Part shown: piece by piece, positions 44,401 through 56,900 of the stretch | Numbering within the stretch: position 1 is the stretch's first letter | Layout of the letters: every line of letters begins with the position of its first letter | NCBI GenBank assembly: GCA_964016885.1 | Contig: OZ024755.1 | Coordinates: 4,340,001 to 4,404,000, forward strand | Origin: Eledone cirrhosa | Taxonomy: Eukaryota | Direction of reading: 5' to 3' | Length of the DNA stretch: 64,000 bases | Position numbers and translations under genes: made by a program | Notes under the pieces: model-generated | What the model was told of the DNA's origin: nothing | The model's input: only the letters and a program-made list of their open reading frames with translations | Databases searched by the model: none

Positions 44401-44459
44401 GACTGTCCAAGTAATATGGTATATATATATATATATATATTGTTAACTTAGTTGAGCAG

Positions 44460-45185
44460 TGAAAGCACACATCTGGCCCTCAACAGTCTGTTAGCTAGTG
44501 TCACCTTAGCTGAGGTCTGAAAACACACATCTGGCCCTCAACAGTCCGTTAGCTAGTGTCACCTTAGCTGAGGTCTGAAAACACAAATCTGGCCCTCAAC
44601 AGTCCGTTAGCTAATGTCACCTTAGCTGAGGTCTGAAAACACACATCTGGCCCTCAACAGTCTGTTAGCTAGTGTCACCTTAGCTGAGGTCTGAAAACAC
44701 AAATCTGGCCCTCAACAGTCCGTTAGCTAGTGCCACCTTAGCTGAGGTCTGAAAACACAAATCTGGCCCTCAACAGTCCGTTAGCTAGTGTCACCTTAGC
44801 TGAGGTCTGAAAACACACATCTGGCCCTCAACAGTCTGTTAGCTAGTGTCACCTTAGCTGAGGTCTGAAAACACACATCTGGCCCTCAACAGTCTGTTAG
44901 CTAGTGTCACCTTAGCTGAGGTCTGAAAACACACATCTGGCCCTCAACAGTCTGTTAGCTAGTGTCACCTTAGCTGAGGTCTGAAAACACACATCTGGCC
45001 CTCAACAGTCCGTTAGCTAATGTCACCTTAGCTGAGGTCTGAAAATACACATCTGGCCCTCAACAGTCTGTTAGCTAGTGTCACCTTAGCTCCTCAACAG
45101 TCTGTTAGCTAGTGTCACCTTAGCTGAGGTCTGAAAACACACATCTCGCCTTCAACAGTCCGTTAGCTAGTGTCACCTTAGCTAA
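44460..45185. repeat. 58-bp tandem array (about 12 units plus a partial unit)
   Basis: AAACACACATCTGGCCCTCAACAGTC(T/C)GTTAGCTAGTGTCACCTTAGCTGAGGTCTGA; a deletion-type partial unit lies near 45090. Confidence 0.95.
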
Positions 45186-45787
45186 GCAGTGGCAGAACAC
45201 CCCTGGTCTTCAACAGCCTGTCAGTTTCGTCTAGTTGAACAATAAAAACACAACACTGGCCCTCACCAGATTTTTAGTCAGTGTAGTAATTTCATGTTAT
45301 TAATCATTCTCCCTAGTAAAATATTTATAGGCACCATAAAAAAAGTTTTTTTTGTTTAATGGCAGCATAGTATCAACTTCCATCATTAACATTAGTATTT
45401 TACTTTCATTTTATTTAGAATGTAAACTGAAACTACAATTCTCTCGCGTATAGAAATAGAAATAATTTGGCACAGTCCTATTTGAGGGTTTTATTAAACT
45501 AAAAGTGAGATTACTTCTGTGTGTGTGTGTGTGTAGTGACATGAATCCTGCTTTGGGCTCGAAATTCACATCACAAACTAACACATAGAGTGAGAGAGAG
45601 AGGAGGGCAAATGATTGAGTTTGTAGAACTGGTTGTTCATGTTACTATTCCTTCTATACGAATATTAATGTAAACAAATATATGTTGACCTCTTGCATGA
45701 AAACTTCTAATGTGTGAAACAAATACAATAGATCTTTATCAGCTAATTGTAAGTCCATTAGATGCTATATATATATATATATATCTG

Positions 45788-45825
<38 letters not shown>

Positions 45826-45833
45826 ATAAATAT

Positions 45834-45875
<42 letters not shown>

Positions 45876-48199
45876 ATATTTATTGTATATCGACCTTTTA
45901 CGTGAATTTTGCAAAGGATTGACTCAAGGTCACCCATAGGGGTTATAGACCCGACTCCACTATCCATCTGCTCTTCAGACTGGTGATGTGACAAAAAAAA
46001 GGTGGAGGTACTGAGAGAGGGAAGCAACTGAGAGAAAAGTGTTTCAAAAGGCAGATGGATCCCATAGATAAACAACCTAACTAGAAGGTTCTCACAGCAG
46101 ATAGTTATATAAAGCTTTAGTAATGTCAAGGGCAGCAGCATTGATTATGATAAAGTTCCCACGAGAGACTACAGGTACCTGACATAGGAAAACAGATCTT
46201 CTTCTAAAGTGAAACATACTCAACAATAAAGGAGATTGTTGTTTAAATGCCCAACCCCCACCAACTCACTTTTGAGCAAGGTTGCATTATACATAAGGTT
46301 AATTAGATTGAAGCCTAGGGCCCACACAGGGTTTAGGGGCCTGTGAGCTTTTTTTTTTCCTGTGAAGGATTGAAGTCCAAAGTCCCTGGAAGCCTAGTGA
46401 TGGAGTCATGGGTTAATAGGGTCCAGCTTTTGAGATGTTAATGAAGCAAGAACAACAAACTGATGTTGGTAGAATCATAAAATTGTTCCTCTTTGGGGAA
46501 TGGTGCTCACCAGTATATATTTTACTGTTTTCAATCATTAGACTGTGGTCATGCTGGAGCACAGCTTCAAGGATTTTACCTGACCATATCAACTATCTAT
46601 CTATCTCTCGCGAAATTTTATTGTAAGTGATTCATATTGATACAACAGCTAGAGAATCTAATAATAATTTTATATTAAATTAAAAAAAACCCATTATATG
46701 ACAAAAAGGAACTTTACAAGAAATCCCATATTTATGAATGTACACTATACAATTACTGCCCCCCCCCCTGCTATAAGAATTTAATCAAATGTTCACCCCC
46801 ACCTGCCCCTATTATTTGGGACCCGAAAATAATCAGAGAACAGAAAGAAAACAACAAACTGAAACAAACAAAAAAAAAAAAGGATGTGAGACGACATTCA
46901 CACTCAATAACACACCATAACAGTTTCCCTCTGATAATGTTTGAGGCAAGTTAACTCTTAGCATTTAAACCGGCCTTAACCGGCCAGAATTCTCTTACCT
47001 CTTTCTGTTCAAACTGGCTGTAACTAGCCACTCATGCTTAGGTTAAGGTATTCTCAAAATAGATCATATCAAAATCTCATAGATTCAATATTATGTGAGA
47101 TATTATGTAAGATAAAACCTTGACTGTGAAAATACAATAGTAAATATAGAGTAATCATCATCATCATCATTTTACATCCGCTTTTCCCTGCTTGCAAAGG
47201 TGGGACGGGAACTGATTCTGGCTTGATTTCTACAGCTGGATGCCCTTCCTAACACCAACCTCATTTACAGTGAGTGCTGGGTGCTTTTTTCTATGGCGCC
47301 TACACGTCCACTTTACAGTGTGGGCTGGGTGCTTTTTTGCCGTGGCACCTCCACGACCACTTTGCAGTGGAATGATAGGGACCCCAGTCCCTATCATCTC
47401 ATTTCTACAGCTGAGTAAACTGGAGCAATGTGAAATAAAGTGTCTTGCTCAAGCAAACAACATATCACCCGGTTTGAGAATTGAACTCACAACCTTTCGA
47501 TTGCAAGGCCAATGCTCTAACCACTAAGCCATGTGCCTCCCCTAATGTAAATACTAAAGGGTTAACATACTTGGGATAATACTGCAGGTGATAGCGAGGC
47601 TAAGAAACTGAAATAACCAAGCACCCTCACAACACTCACCTTCACCTATACTTTCAATCATGTTTATTACATATTCTAGTTAATTGTATGTATTGTCAGA
47701 TGAAAAGTTAGTTACAATTTGTATGAATTTCTTCTTTCAATATTTCACATAGTTAATGTTAATTCAAAACAAGAACTGCTATAGTTGAATAGTTGACATG
47801 TAAGTTGTTGAAACCCGTGAAGCAGGTCACAGTTTAGTTACTAATATAACCCAATTAAGATTACATAATATATTGTCCCACCCTTGCAAGCAGGGAAAAG
47901 CGGACGTAAAATGATGATGAAGATGATTGCTCTCCTCAGAACTCATTTTATTATGAGTATATATATATGTGTGTGTGTGTAATAGGTATGTATATGCATA
48001 TATACATATGCTTATGTGTGTGTATATATATATCATCATCATCATCATCTTTAACATTTAACGTCTATCTTCCACGCTAGCATAGGTTTAGACGGGAATT
48101 GGTCCTACTTGAGGCAAGATTGGTCAGGTGACCATGTCTCGTTCGTATATATATATATATGTATACTTATGTGTGTGTATATATATATATGTATACTTA

Positions 48200-48242
<43 letters not shown>

Positions 48243-48309
48243 CATTTATTTTATGTTGTTTACCAAGTCTGGCTTTCTGTTGTTTTTAATGAGTATATAC
48301 ATATATGTA

Positions 48310-48353
<44 letters not shown>

Positions 48354-50345
48354 CATACAAATAAATGAGATAATGAGACCGAGATCGTGTAGGTGTCATG
48401 ACAAAAAAAAACAAAAACACAGTCCACGCTGTAATGTGGTTGTGTAGGTAACACGGTAAAAAGCTCCCAGTCCACACTGTAAATGTTGTTGGTGTTAATA
48501 AGGGCATCTAGCCATAGAAAACCTGCCAGATAGTCCTATATGAGTGAGACAAGGTCACCCGACCAACCTTGCCTCAAGTGGGACAACTCCCGTCTAACCC
48601 ATGCTAGTGTGGAAGATAGATGTTAAATGATGATGATGATGATATATATATATATATATATATAAAGACCCCTTTTGCTCACGAATGACCATGGGATTTG
48701 TACCTAGAAAGTTCCCCCAAGGCATAAACCCAAGCAAGGTGTGTTTGTAGAAGACCAGCAGTCACCTATGTATACCAGTCTTCCCTCTCTCCATACCACC
48801 GGTGTTGTCCAAGGTAAAGATAATGGCTGATACAAGCTCGGCACCAGTGACATTGTAACTCATATCTACAGCTGAGTGAACTGGAGCAACGTGAAATAAA
48901 GTGTCTTGCTCAAGAACTCAACACCCATTCCGAACACCTTATTTAAACTGGCCATATCTGGCCAGAATTCTCTCACCTCTTTCTATTCAAACCGGCTGTA
49001 ACCGACCGCTCATACTGATGTAAAGGTATTGTTCTCAAAATAGATAATATCAAAATCTCATAGATTCGATATTATGTGAGGTAAAGCCTTTACCATGAAA
49101 ATCTAATAGTAAATATAGAGTAATGTAAATACTAATATAGAGTAATGTAAATGTCAAAGGGTTAAATGTGCTTGCTCCCTGATCCCAATTGGGATTCTAT
49201 CCTTAATCATATAGAAAATAAATTTCAAATCTTGCTGAAAATGTTGTTCAATACATAAAACTGAGCTACAACCTTAATATGTGGGTCACATGAATGAAAC
49301 CACATAGAAATAAAAAAAAAAAAACATTAGGCGTCCAATAGAATCTTTTACTTTTTATGTCTTATTTTTTTCCATACAACTAAAAATACATTTTTTTTCT
49401 TAAATGATTAAATCTCGTCTGTTTCTCGTTTCTGTATCAACGTCTTTGAAGTTTCTATAGGATCATTCTGAAGGTTGTAAAGGTATTTAGATGTTTCGAA
49501 TACTCATAGTATATTAAGATATTAAGGAAACTTCCTTTATTATATCTCAGGTATGTGTTTATATTTATGTATTGTATAATTTATATGTTGTAGTCAGACA
49601 AATTAATGTATTTTTTTTTTAATACTAGTTTTTGTTGTTGTTATGTGTTTGTGTTCAAATATGTATAGTGGAAGTACATGGCTTAGACTTACAATCATAA
49701 TGTTATCGGTTTGATTCCTGGACTGAGTTGTGTGTTGTGTTCTTGAGCAAAACACTTCATTTCACATTGCTCCACTATACTCAGCTGAAAATGAGTTCCA
49801 ACAGCGATAGCTGTGATGGACTAGCATCCTGTCCAGGGAGGAGTCGTTTATTCTCAGTCGCTTCACACCACACAAACTGAGATAAACATCTGACTGATGA
49901 GCCTTCGGGCTTGAGACAGGCTTTAGACTTTTTATCATATATGTAGTATAGTTTATATATCTGTATCATGTACATAGTATGGTATATGGTCTGTCTATCT
50001 CATATATACATAGTATGGTTTACACTATATTTGTGTTGTGTACATAGTACAGTATATACTATGTCTGTGTCATATACATAGTATAATTTATATATCTGCC
50101 ATATATGTAGTATAGTTTATACTATGTCTGTGTTATATACAACATTGTCCTGAAGGAGTCATAGGGGCCCCATATTGAAATATGGTGTTTCTAGTGCATT
50201 TTAAAACCTGGCAGAGCCCATGTCTCCTCTCCAGGTCTGAATACAACAGATTTCTTCCAGAGAAGGAAAGAGAGAGAAAGGAAGTGAAAAAGAGATATAG
50301 TGGAAGAATCAACCCCAGTACTAGACTGGTACTTTTTTATCGACC

Positions 50346-50573
50346 TTAACCCTTTAGTATTCACATTACTCTATATATACTATTATATTTTCGTGGTAAA
50401 GGCTTTACCTCGCATAATTATCTCACATAATATCGAATCTATGAGATTTTGAAAGTATTTATTTTGAGAACAATACCTTAACATCAGTTTGAGTGACCAG
50501 TTACAGCCAGTTTCAACAGAAAGAGGTAGAGAATTTTGACCGGTTTTGGCCAGTTTGATCATTAAATAGTTAA
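50346..50573 (-). mobile_element. piggyBac-like MITE inserted at TTAA within a Meta-like SINE
   Basis: The SINE core TCGACC|TTAA...TTAA|ATGGATGAAAGG is split by the MITE. Confidence 0.7.
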
Positions 50574-50979
50574 ATGGATGAAAGGCAAAGTTGACCTCTG
50601 TGGGATTTGAACTGAGAGAGCAGAGAGTCGGAACTAATACTGCAAAGTATTCTATCTGACACTCTAAGAACTCTGCCAATTCACCATCTAAGCAGGTACT
50701 AGGAGCTCCAAATATTCTCTAGCTAGATTAAAGGGAGAAATTATTCATACATGTAAATAAAGACGCATTAAATAATTTTATTAAAAAATAGCTTATTTTA
50801 TTTTGCAGGGATTCAACAAGCTATCCTCAGATCAAACCAATACAAAAGGAACAGTAACAGCATCAAATGTTTGTCCATGACACTACAGTCTACATGTGAG
50901 CCACATGTATAAAACATACTGTAATATATAGAAACTGTGGAAATTTGTTATACAGGCTCTGTAGGATATTTTACATAAA

Positions 50980-53900
50980 ATGGCATCAAGTCGATTGATG
51001 TCCACAAATAATCATGTCTACTTTAAAGAAGACCTGGTGGCTCAAGGGTCAACTTGTGAAGTTTACAAAGGTTATAACAAGGTAAGATATTAGCTCTTCC
51101 TCTGGCTTCTGGCTGTTGTATCATGTAAGTATGTATTTTTGTTTCTTGTGGAGTGAGAGACTCTTAGTCTTCATTAACCCTTTAGCATTCAAACCGATCA
51201 TATCCGGCCAGAATTCTCTCACCTCTTTCTGTTCAAACCAGCCGTAACTAGCTGCTCATACCTATGTTAAGGTATTGTTCTCAAAATAAGTGACATCAAA
51301 ATCTCGTAGATTTGACATTACATAGATAATTATGTAAAATAAAGCCTTTACTGTAAAAATACAATAGTAACTATACAATAATGTAAAGGCTAAAGGGTTA
51401 AACCAGCTGAATCCAACCAGAATTCTCTCACATTTTCTGTTCAAACTGGCTGTAACTGGCCACTCATACTGATGTTAAGGTATTGTTCTGAAAATAAATA
51501 ACATCAAAATCTCATAGATGCGATATTATGTTAGATAATTATGTGAGGTAAAACCTTTATCACGAAAATACAATCTATATATATAAAACTGTGGTTGTCT
51601 GTCTGTCTATCGATTTTTGGCACACATCTCCTCTTAGAATCTCTCACGGAATTGCACCGAAATTGCTATACTTGTACATTGAGCCCTAGCGAAGACATCG
51701 GAAAAAAAATATTTCAAATTGACCCACCCTATGTGACGAAATCGAATATAATGTATCGATTTTTGAGCGTAAGTTATCAGTTATTTCCCTTTGTTCTGTT
51801 TACATTGAGCGTCTTACGTAAAAAATTACGCTGGCTTTCTCAGCGTTTAAAATGACATTAACACAATACACGAACAGTTGAACACTAAGCTTCCGTTTTG
51901 CTTCATTTCCATTTAAAAGCATTTTAAAACAATATTTTTACTTGAAAACAAGTCTATTTAAAGACTACGTAAAACAAGCAAATATTTCGTCGTTAGGCGT
52001 GCAGACAGACAGTCGTGCAGAGAGGTGATATAGGCGTGCAGACAGACAGTCGTGCAGAGAGGTGATATAGGCGTGCAGACAGACAGTCGTGCAGAGAGGT
52101 GATATAGGCGTGCAGACAGACATAACTGATAATTTGGTTACGCTAATGTTTTTCTCTGCGTTGCAGTGTTTACATTTTCGATCTTTGTTAATAAATAACC
52201 AGTGCAGTTTCTATCCCCAGCATCCTCTTTTGTTATAACATTCGGGTTATCGTTATGTTTTCTTAACTTCATAAGGCATATTGTTGGTTGAGGGAATATT
52301 AATCAAAAACACCACATGCAAGTCTGCACAGTAGACACTACAGTTTTTAAGCCAAAAAGGAAACTTAACATTGTAACTTTAACACAGCTACTGAGCGACC
52401 CCGAGCAACGCCGGGCTTTACTGCTAGTAGTAAATATAGAGTAATGTAAATGTTAAAGGTTTAAGACATCTCTCTAGGAGAAGGTCATTCTGATATAAAA
52501 CTTATGACTTCATTTGTATCCAATGATGTAGACCAGTTCTTCTTTTTAGGCAAATCCATTCGATGTTCAGAGAGGGGGGTTGGCCCCGTGCAAAGCCTTT
52601 CCTCACTTAAAAATGCTTCAAGCATAGGCATCACTTGATATGTGACATTGTTTTGCAATGCATGGCATTATTGGCCATAGGCAAGTCCCTAGCAGGACTA
52701 GGAAGCCACATCATGCTTATGCTTAAGTATCAAGTGATGGCATTACTCGAAATCGAGTTGCAGCCATCATGTATGTATGTATGTATCTACTTGTGTGCAT
52801 GTATGTACGTACATACATACATATGTACATATACATACATACATATATACACACAGAATATAGCACTATTAGGCTCAGCACATTTATTATAGAGAATACT
52901 CTCAATACAACAGAAACAACACTGCATCTGTCCAAGACACACAGGACCGTGCCCGGTAATGCAGTAACATCATGTAATAAAAACAAGGTTAATGATGATA
53001 ATATTAATTTTGATTTGATGACATCTTTATTTCTTATTGTTTCTTTCTTCTATATTTTCTATTTTCCCCACCAAACAGCTGACTGGAGAAGTACGTGCAC
53101 TAAAGATTCTTAATTCACAATACAATCATGGTTCCGCTATATCTCTACAGAGAGAAACAGAAGCTCTTCTACGACTTCAACATCCAAATATTGTCACATT
53201 TTATTCTTTGGAAAAAGAGGTAATCTACATATTGTAATCATCGTTATCATCATCATCATCATCATCATAACCAATATTATCAACATCATCATCATCACCA
53301 TTATCATTATCATCATCACCATTATCATCATCATCATCATCACCATTATAATAATAATAATAATAATGAAATTATTGTGTAAAGTGCTCAGGTGCACTAC
53401 AACTCGTCAAAGGTGCATGTATAGTACATAGAATAATACACAAATGTCAGGGAAGTGAATAGTGTATGAGTCATGATATACATGTGTGTATGTGTATGGA
53501 GGGGGAACATTAGGTGCAGTCTTGGCGAATCTCGGGAAGCATGGAGGCCTTGAAGGATGCAGTGTCTCGACAGCTGACAACCGATGCAGGGAGTTTGTTC
53601 CGTGCTTCAGCAACTCTGAGCGTGAAAAAATGTTTCCGAAAGTCATGGAACTGTACTGTTTTCTGACTTTGTGGGCATGCCCACGTGTGTTAGACACATG
53701 GAAATCAAAAAATTATCATCATCTTCATCACCATTATCATCATCATCATCACCATTATCATCATCATCATCACCATAAAACGTATATATTCATGTTTACA
53801 GAGTCTTGCAAGGAAAAATGTTTTGGTCACCGAATTCTGTAGTGGTGGAACATTAAGTAACTTCTTAAGGAAACCAGAAAATTTCAACGGTTTGACTGAT

Positions 53901-56900
53901 GAAGAATTTCTCATATTTTTTAATGATATAGGTAAGTACTCTTCTTCTTCTCCTCCTCCACCACAATCATCTTAACATCACCATGTGGTAACAGGTTGTT
54001 AAGTATTAATAAATATATTGATTTGTTTTTCTTTATTATATTGTTAGTTTGTGGCATGAAACATCTACGTAGAAATGGATTTGTACATAGAGACATCAAA
54101 CCACCAAATATATTGCGATGTCAAATTGATAGAAAGTAAGTTTAATTTAATAAAAGACCGATAAGTTTCAGAAAGCCGGTACAGTGCGGTAGAAATCTTT
54201 AAGGGGCAAAGGATGACAAATAAAACACACATAGACCAGTTAAGGAAGAATATATCAATCTTTTGTTATTGTTTTGAACCATTTCTGTTTCACATTTGAA
54301 AAGAGGGTAATAGCCCTGAAATATCATGTTAGGTAAAATATTACTTTGTTTTCTTTTATTTGTCATACTTTGCTCTTTATATGTTTTTACCACATTATAC
54401 CAGCTTTCTGGAACTTATCAGTCATTTATTACATATCCCATAATGCTTCATATTAACTCTACTACTTCAAGTTTAATTTATTTGTGTTTTTTTAAGTTGT
54501 TATAGACTCAATTATGCTCAACTATTAACTTTTTTTATAAGTATTTTTTTTCGCATATTTCCTTATGTGTCCTTTGAAGCTCGTTTGGAACTATAAACTT
54601 CCTAAATACATAATGTTTCTGGACCTTCACAATCTCATCATCAGTATATGATGTGTTGTTGGCAAATGTACTTTATGAAACTTGCCCTCAATTGACATAG
54701 TTGGAATAGAAATGAAGGAAGTCATAAATGAAAAAGTGAATAAATACTAATTCTTACAGAAAATCAGAAAGATCAGCAATGTGTTGTAGTGGCAGTCCTT
54801 TTATATCTTTTTCAACTAAAGAGCTATATGAAATGGGCAACTAACCAACGTTAGCTTTTGGCATTACTTCCCTTATATCATATATGGCAGCAAATTGGCA
54901 GAGTTAGAACGTCAGATAGATTGCGTTATAGTATTCGCTCCGGCTCTCTGCTCTCTCAGTTCAAAGCCCGCCGAGGTCAACTTTGCCCTCCATCCATTCG
55001 AGGTCGATAGAAAATGTACCAGTCTAGTACTGGGGTCAATTCTTCCTCTGTATCTCTTTCTCACTTCCATTCTCTCACTCTCTCTTTCCTTCTCTGGAAG
55101 AAATCTGCTGTATTCAAACCTGGAGAGGAGATGGGCTCCACCAGATTTTAAAATGCCCCAAGAAATGCTGTATATCAATCTGGTACCTCTACCACTCCTT
55201 CAGGAGTTACAGGATCATCCATCCCTTATATCAAGTTAATTGTGAAGACAACAATGTCAGCTGTTTAAATCCTGTTTTTCTTTCTAGAACTGTCTATAAA
55301 CTGACCGACTTTGGTACTGCTAAACCACTTCAGGATGAAGAAGAATTCATGTCATTGGTTGGAACTGAAGAATATCTGGTTGGTGCATTTTTCTTTTTCA
55401 TCTCTTCTGGTTGTCTTTATATAACCCCCCCACCCCACCATAATCACACCCACCACCATCATCACCAATCACTCTATTGTGAATATAGAGTAATGTAAAT
55501 GCTAAAGGGATAAACAAATACCACAGGGTATTTTGTCCACTACTCTATCAATTTTGCCCTACACCTACCAAGTTTAGAACTTTTCTCAAATCAATTACTA
55601 ACTTTGTTTACCTCTTTCATGATGACATCTGCTACATCATCATCAACATCATCATCATCATCTTACAACCGTTTTTCTCTGCTTGCAAGGGTGGGATGGG
55701 TCCTCTTCAGCACAGCGTCTATCCATTTGTCACGGTCCCTTGTCATCTCCTCTGTGAGCTTCAGTGATCTGAGGTCAGCTCTCACCACTTCCGCCCATGT
55801 TTTTCGTGGTCTTCTTCTGCTGCGTCTTCCTTCCACCATTATTTTAGTTGGGTGTGGGGCTATAGAACCCCCACCCCCCGGCTCCATAGGTCCCTGCCCA
55901 GTTGATTCTCACTCAATGTTTTGTATTTCCATTTTTTTGTTTTAGCATCCAGATATCTATGAAGCTGTATTCTTTAAGAAATCCCAAGCTTTCACTGCTA
56001 TGGCTGATCTTTGGAGTCTTGGTGCTACGCTCTACCATTCCGCAAGTGGATTACCTCCCTTTATACCGTATGGTGGCAGGGCAAATCATACTGATATGTA
56101 CGTATTATCCCCCTTCCTTCACCTTCCCCCTTTAAAAAATGTTTGTACCTTGAATGGTTTATATTGCTATCATTGTCATCATCACCATCATTATCATCAG
56201 TATCATCACCATCATTGCCATCACCATTATCATCATCATCACCACCAACAGCATCATTAACATCATCACCATCATCATTGCCTTCATTATCACTGTATTT
56301 TGGCTTGATTTCTACAGCTGGATGCTCTTCCCATTATTAACCACATTAGAGTGTGAACTGCTTTTTATCACTAGCGCAACCACCTTACAGGGTGGACTTG
56401 GTACTTTTTTGTCATGTCACCAGCACGACCATCTTACAGGGTGGACTAGGTGCTCTTTTTGTCATCTCCCTAGCACGACCACTTTACAGGGTGAACTGGG
56501 TGCTTTTTCTCATGTCACCAGCATGACCACCTTACAGTGTGGACTTGGTGCTCTTTTTGCTGTGTCCCTAGCAAACATCAATGTGAATACTGTAAGATTA
56601 TAAGATTCTTTCTCTTTCAGGTTTCAAATGTTGACAAATAAACAGTCAGGTATGGTGTCTGGGATACAGAAACTACCAGGGGGAGATATTGAATGGAGTA
56701 ATGACTTACCTGAAAGTGTCATGATGTCACAGTAAGTACCAGCGTAAACAGAAGGCTGTGGAGTCATGTGGCGTAAGGTTTAGGGGGGTCCAGGAACAAT
56801 CAGGAGGAGGTATTGAATAGGTTAGCCTGATGTCGGTGTGTTTAGTCGCCTTTTACAACATGAAGGAATTATCGTGTACCTTAATTAAACTAGGTGTCAG

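Noticed and set aside
44460-45185. 58-bp (also 61-bp and 46-bp) arrays as CRISPR-like loci
   Set aside because: Units are contiguous and near-identical, with no variable spacers.
45962-46060. Type II-like hammerhead arrangement closed by ATCCATCTGC/GCAGATGGAT
   Set aside because: 5-nt bulge before GAAA, 2-bp stem I and a ~50-nt unpaired loop III; probably coincidental.
49888-49925. CTGATGA-GCC(TTCG)GGC hairpin
   Set aside because: No GAAA box follows; it is the ordinary 3' tail of the CORE-like SINE (also at about 19925 and 24500).
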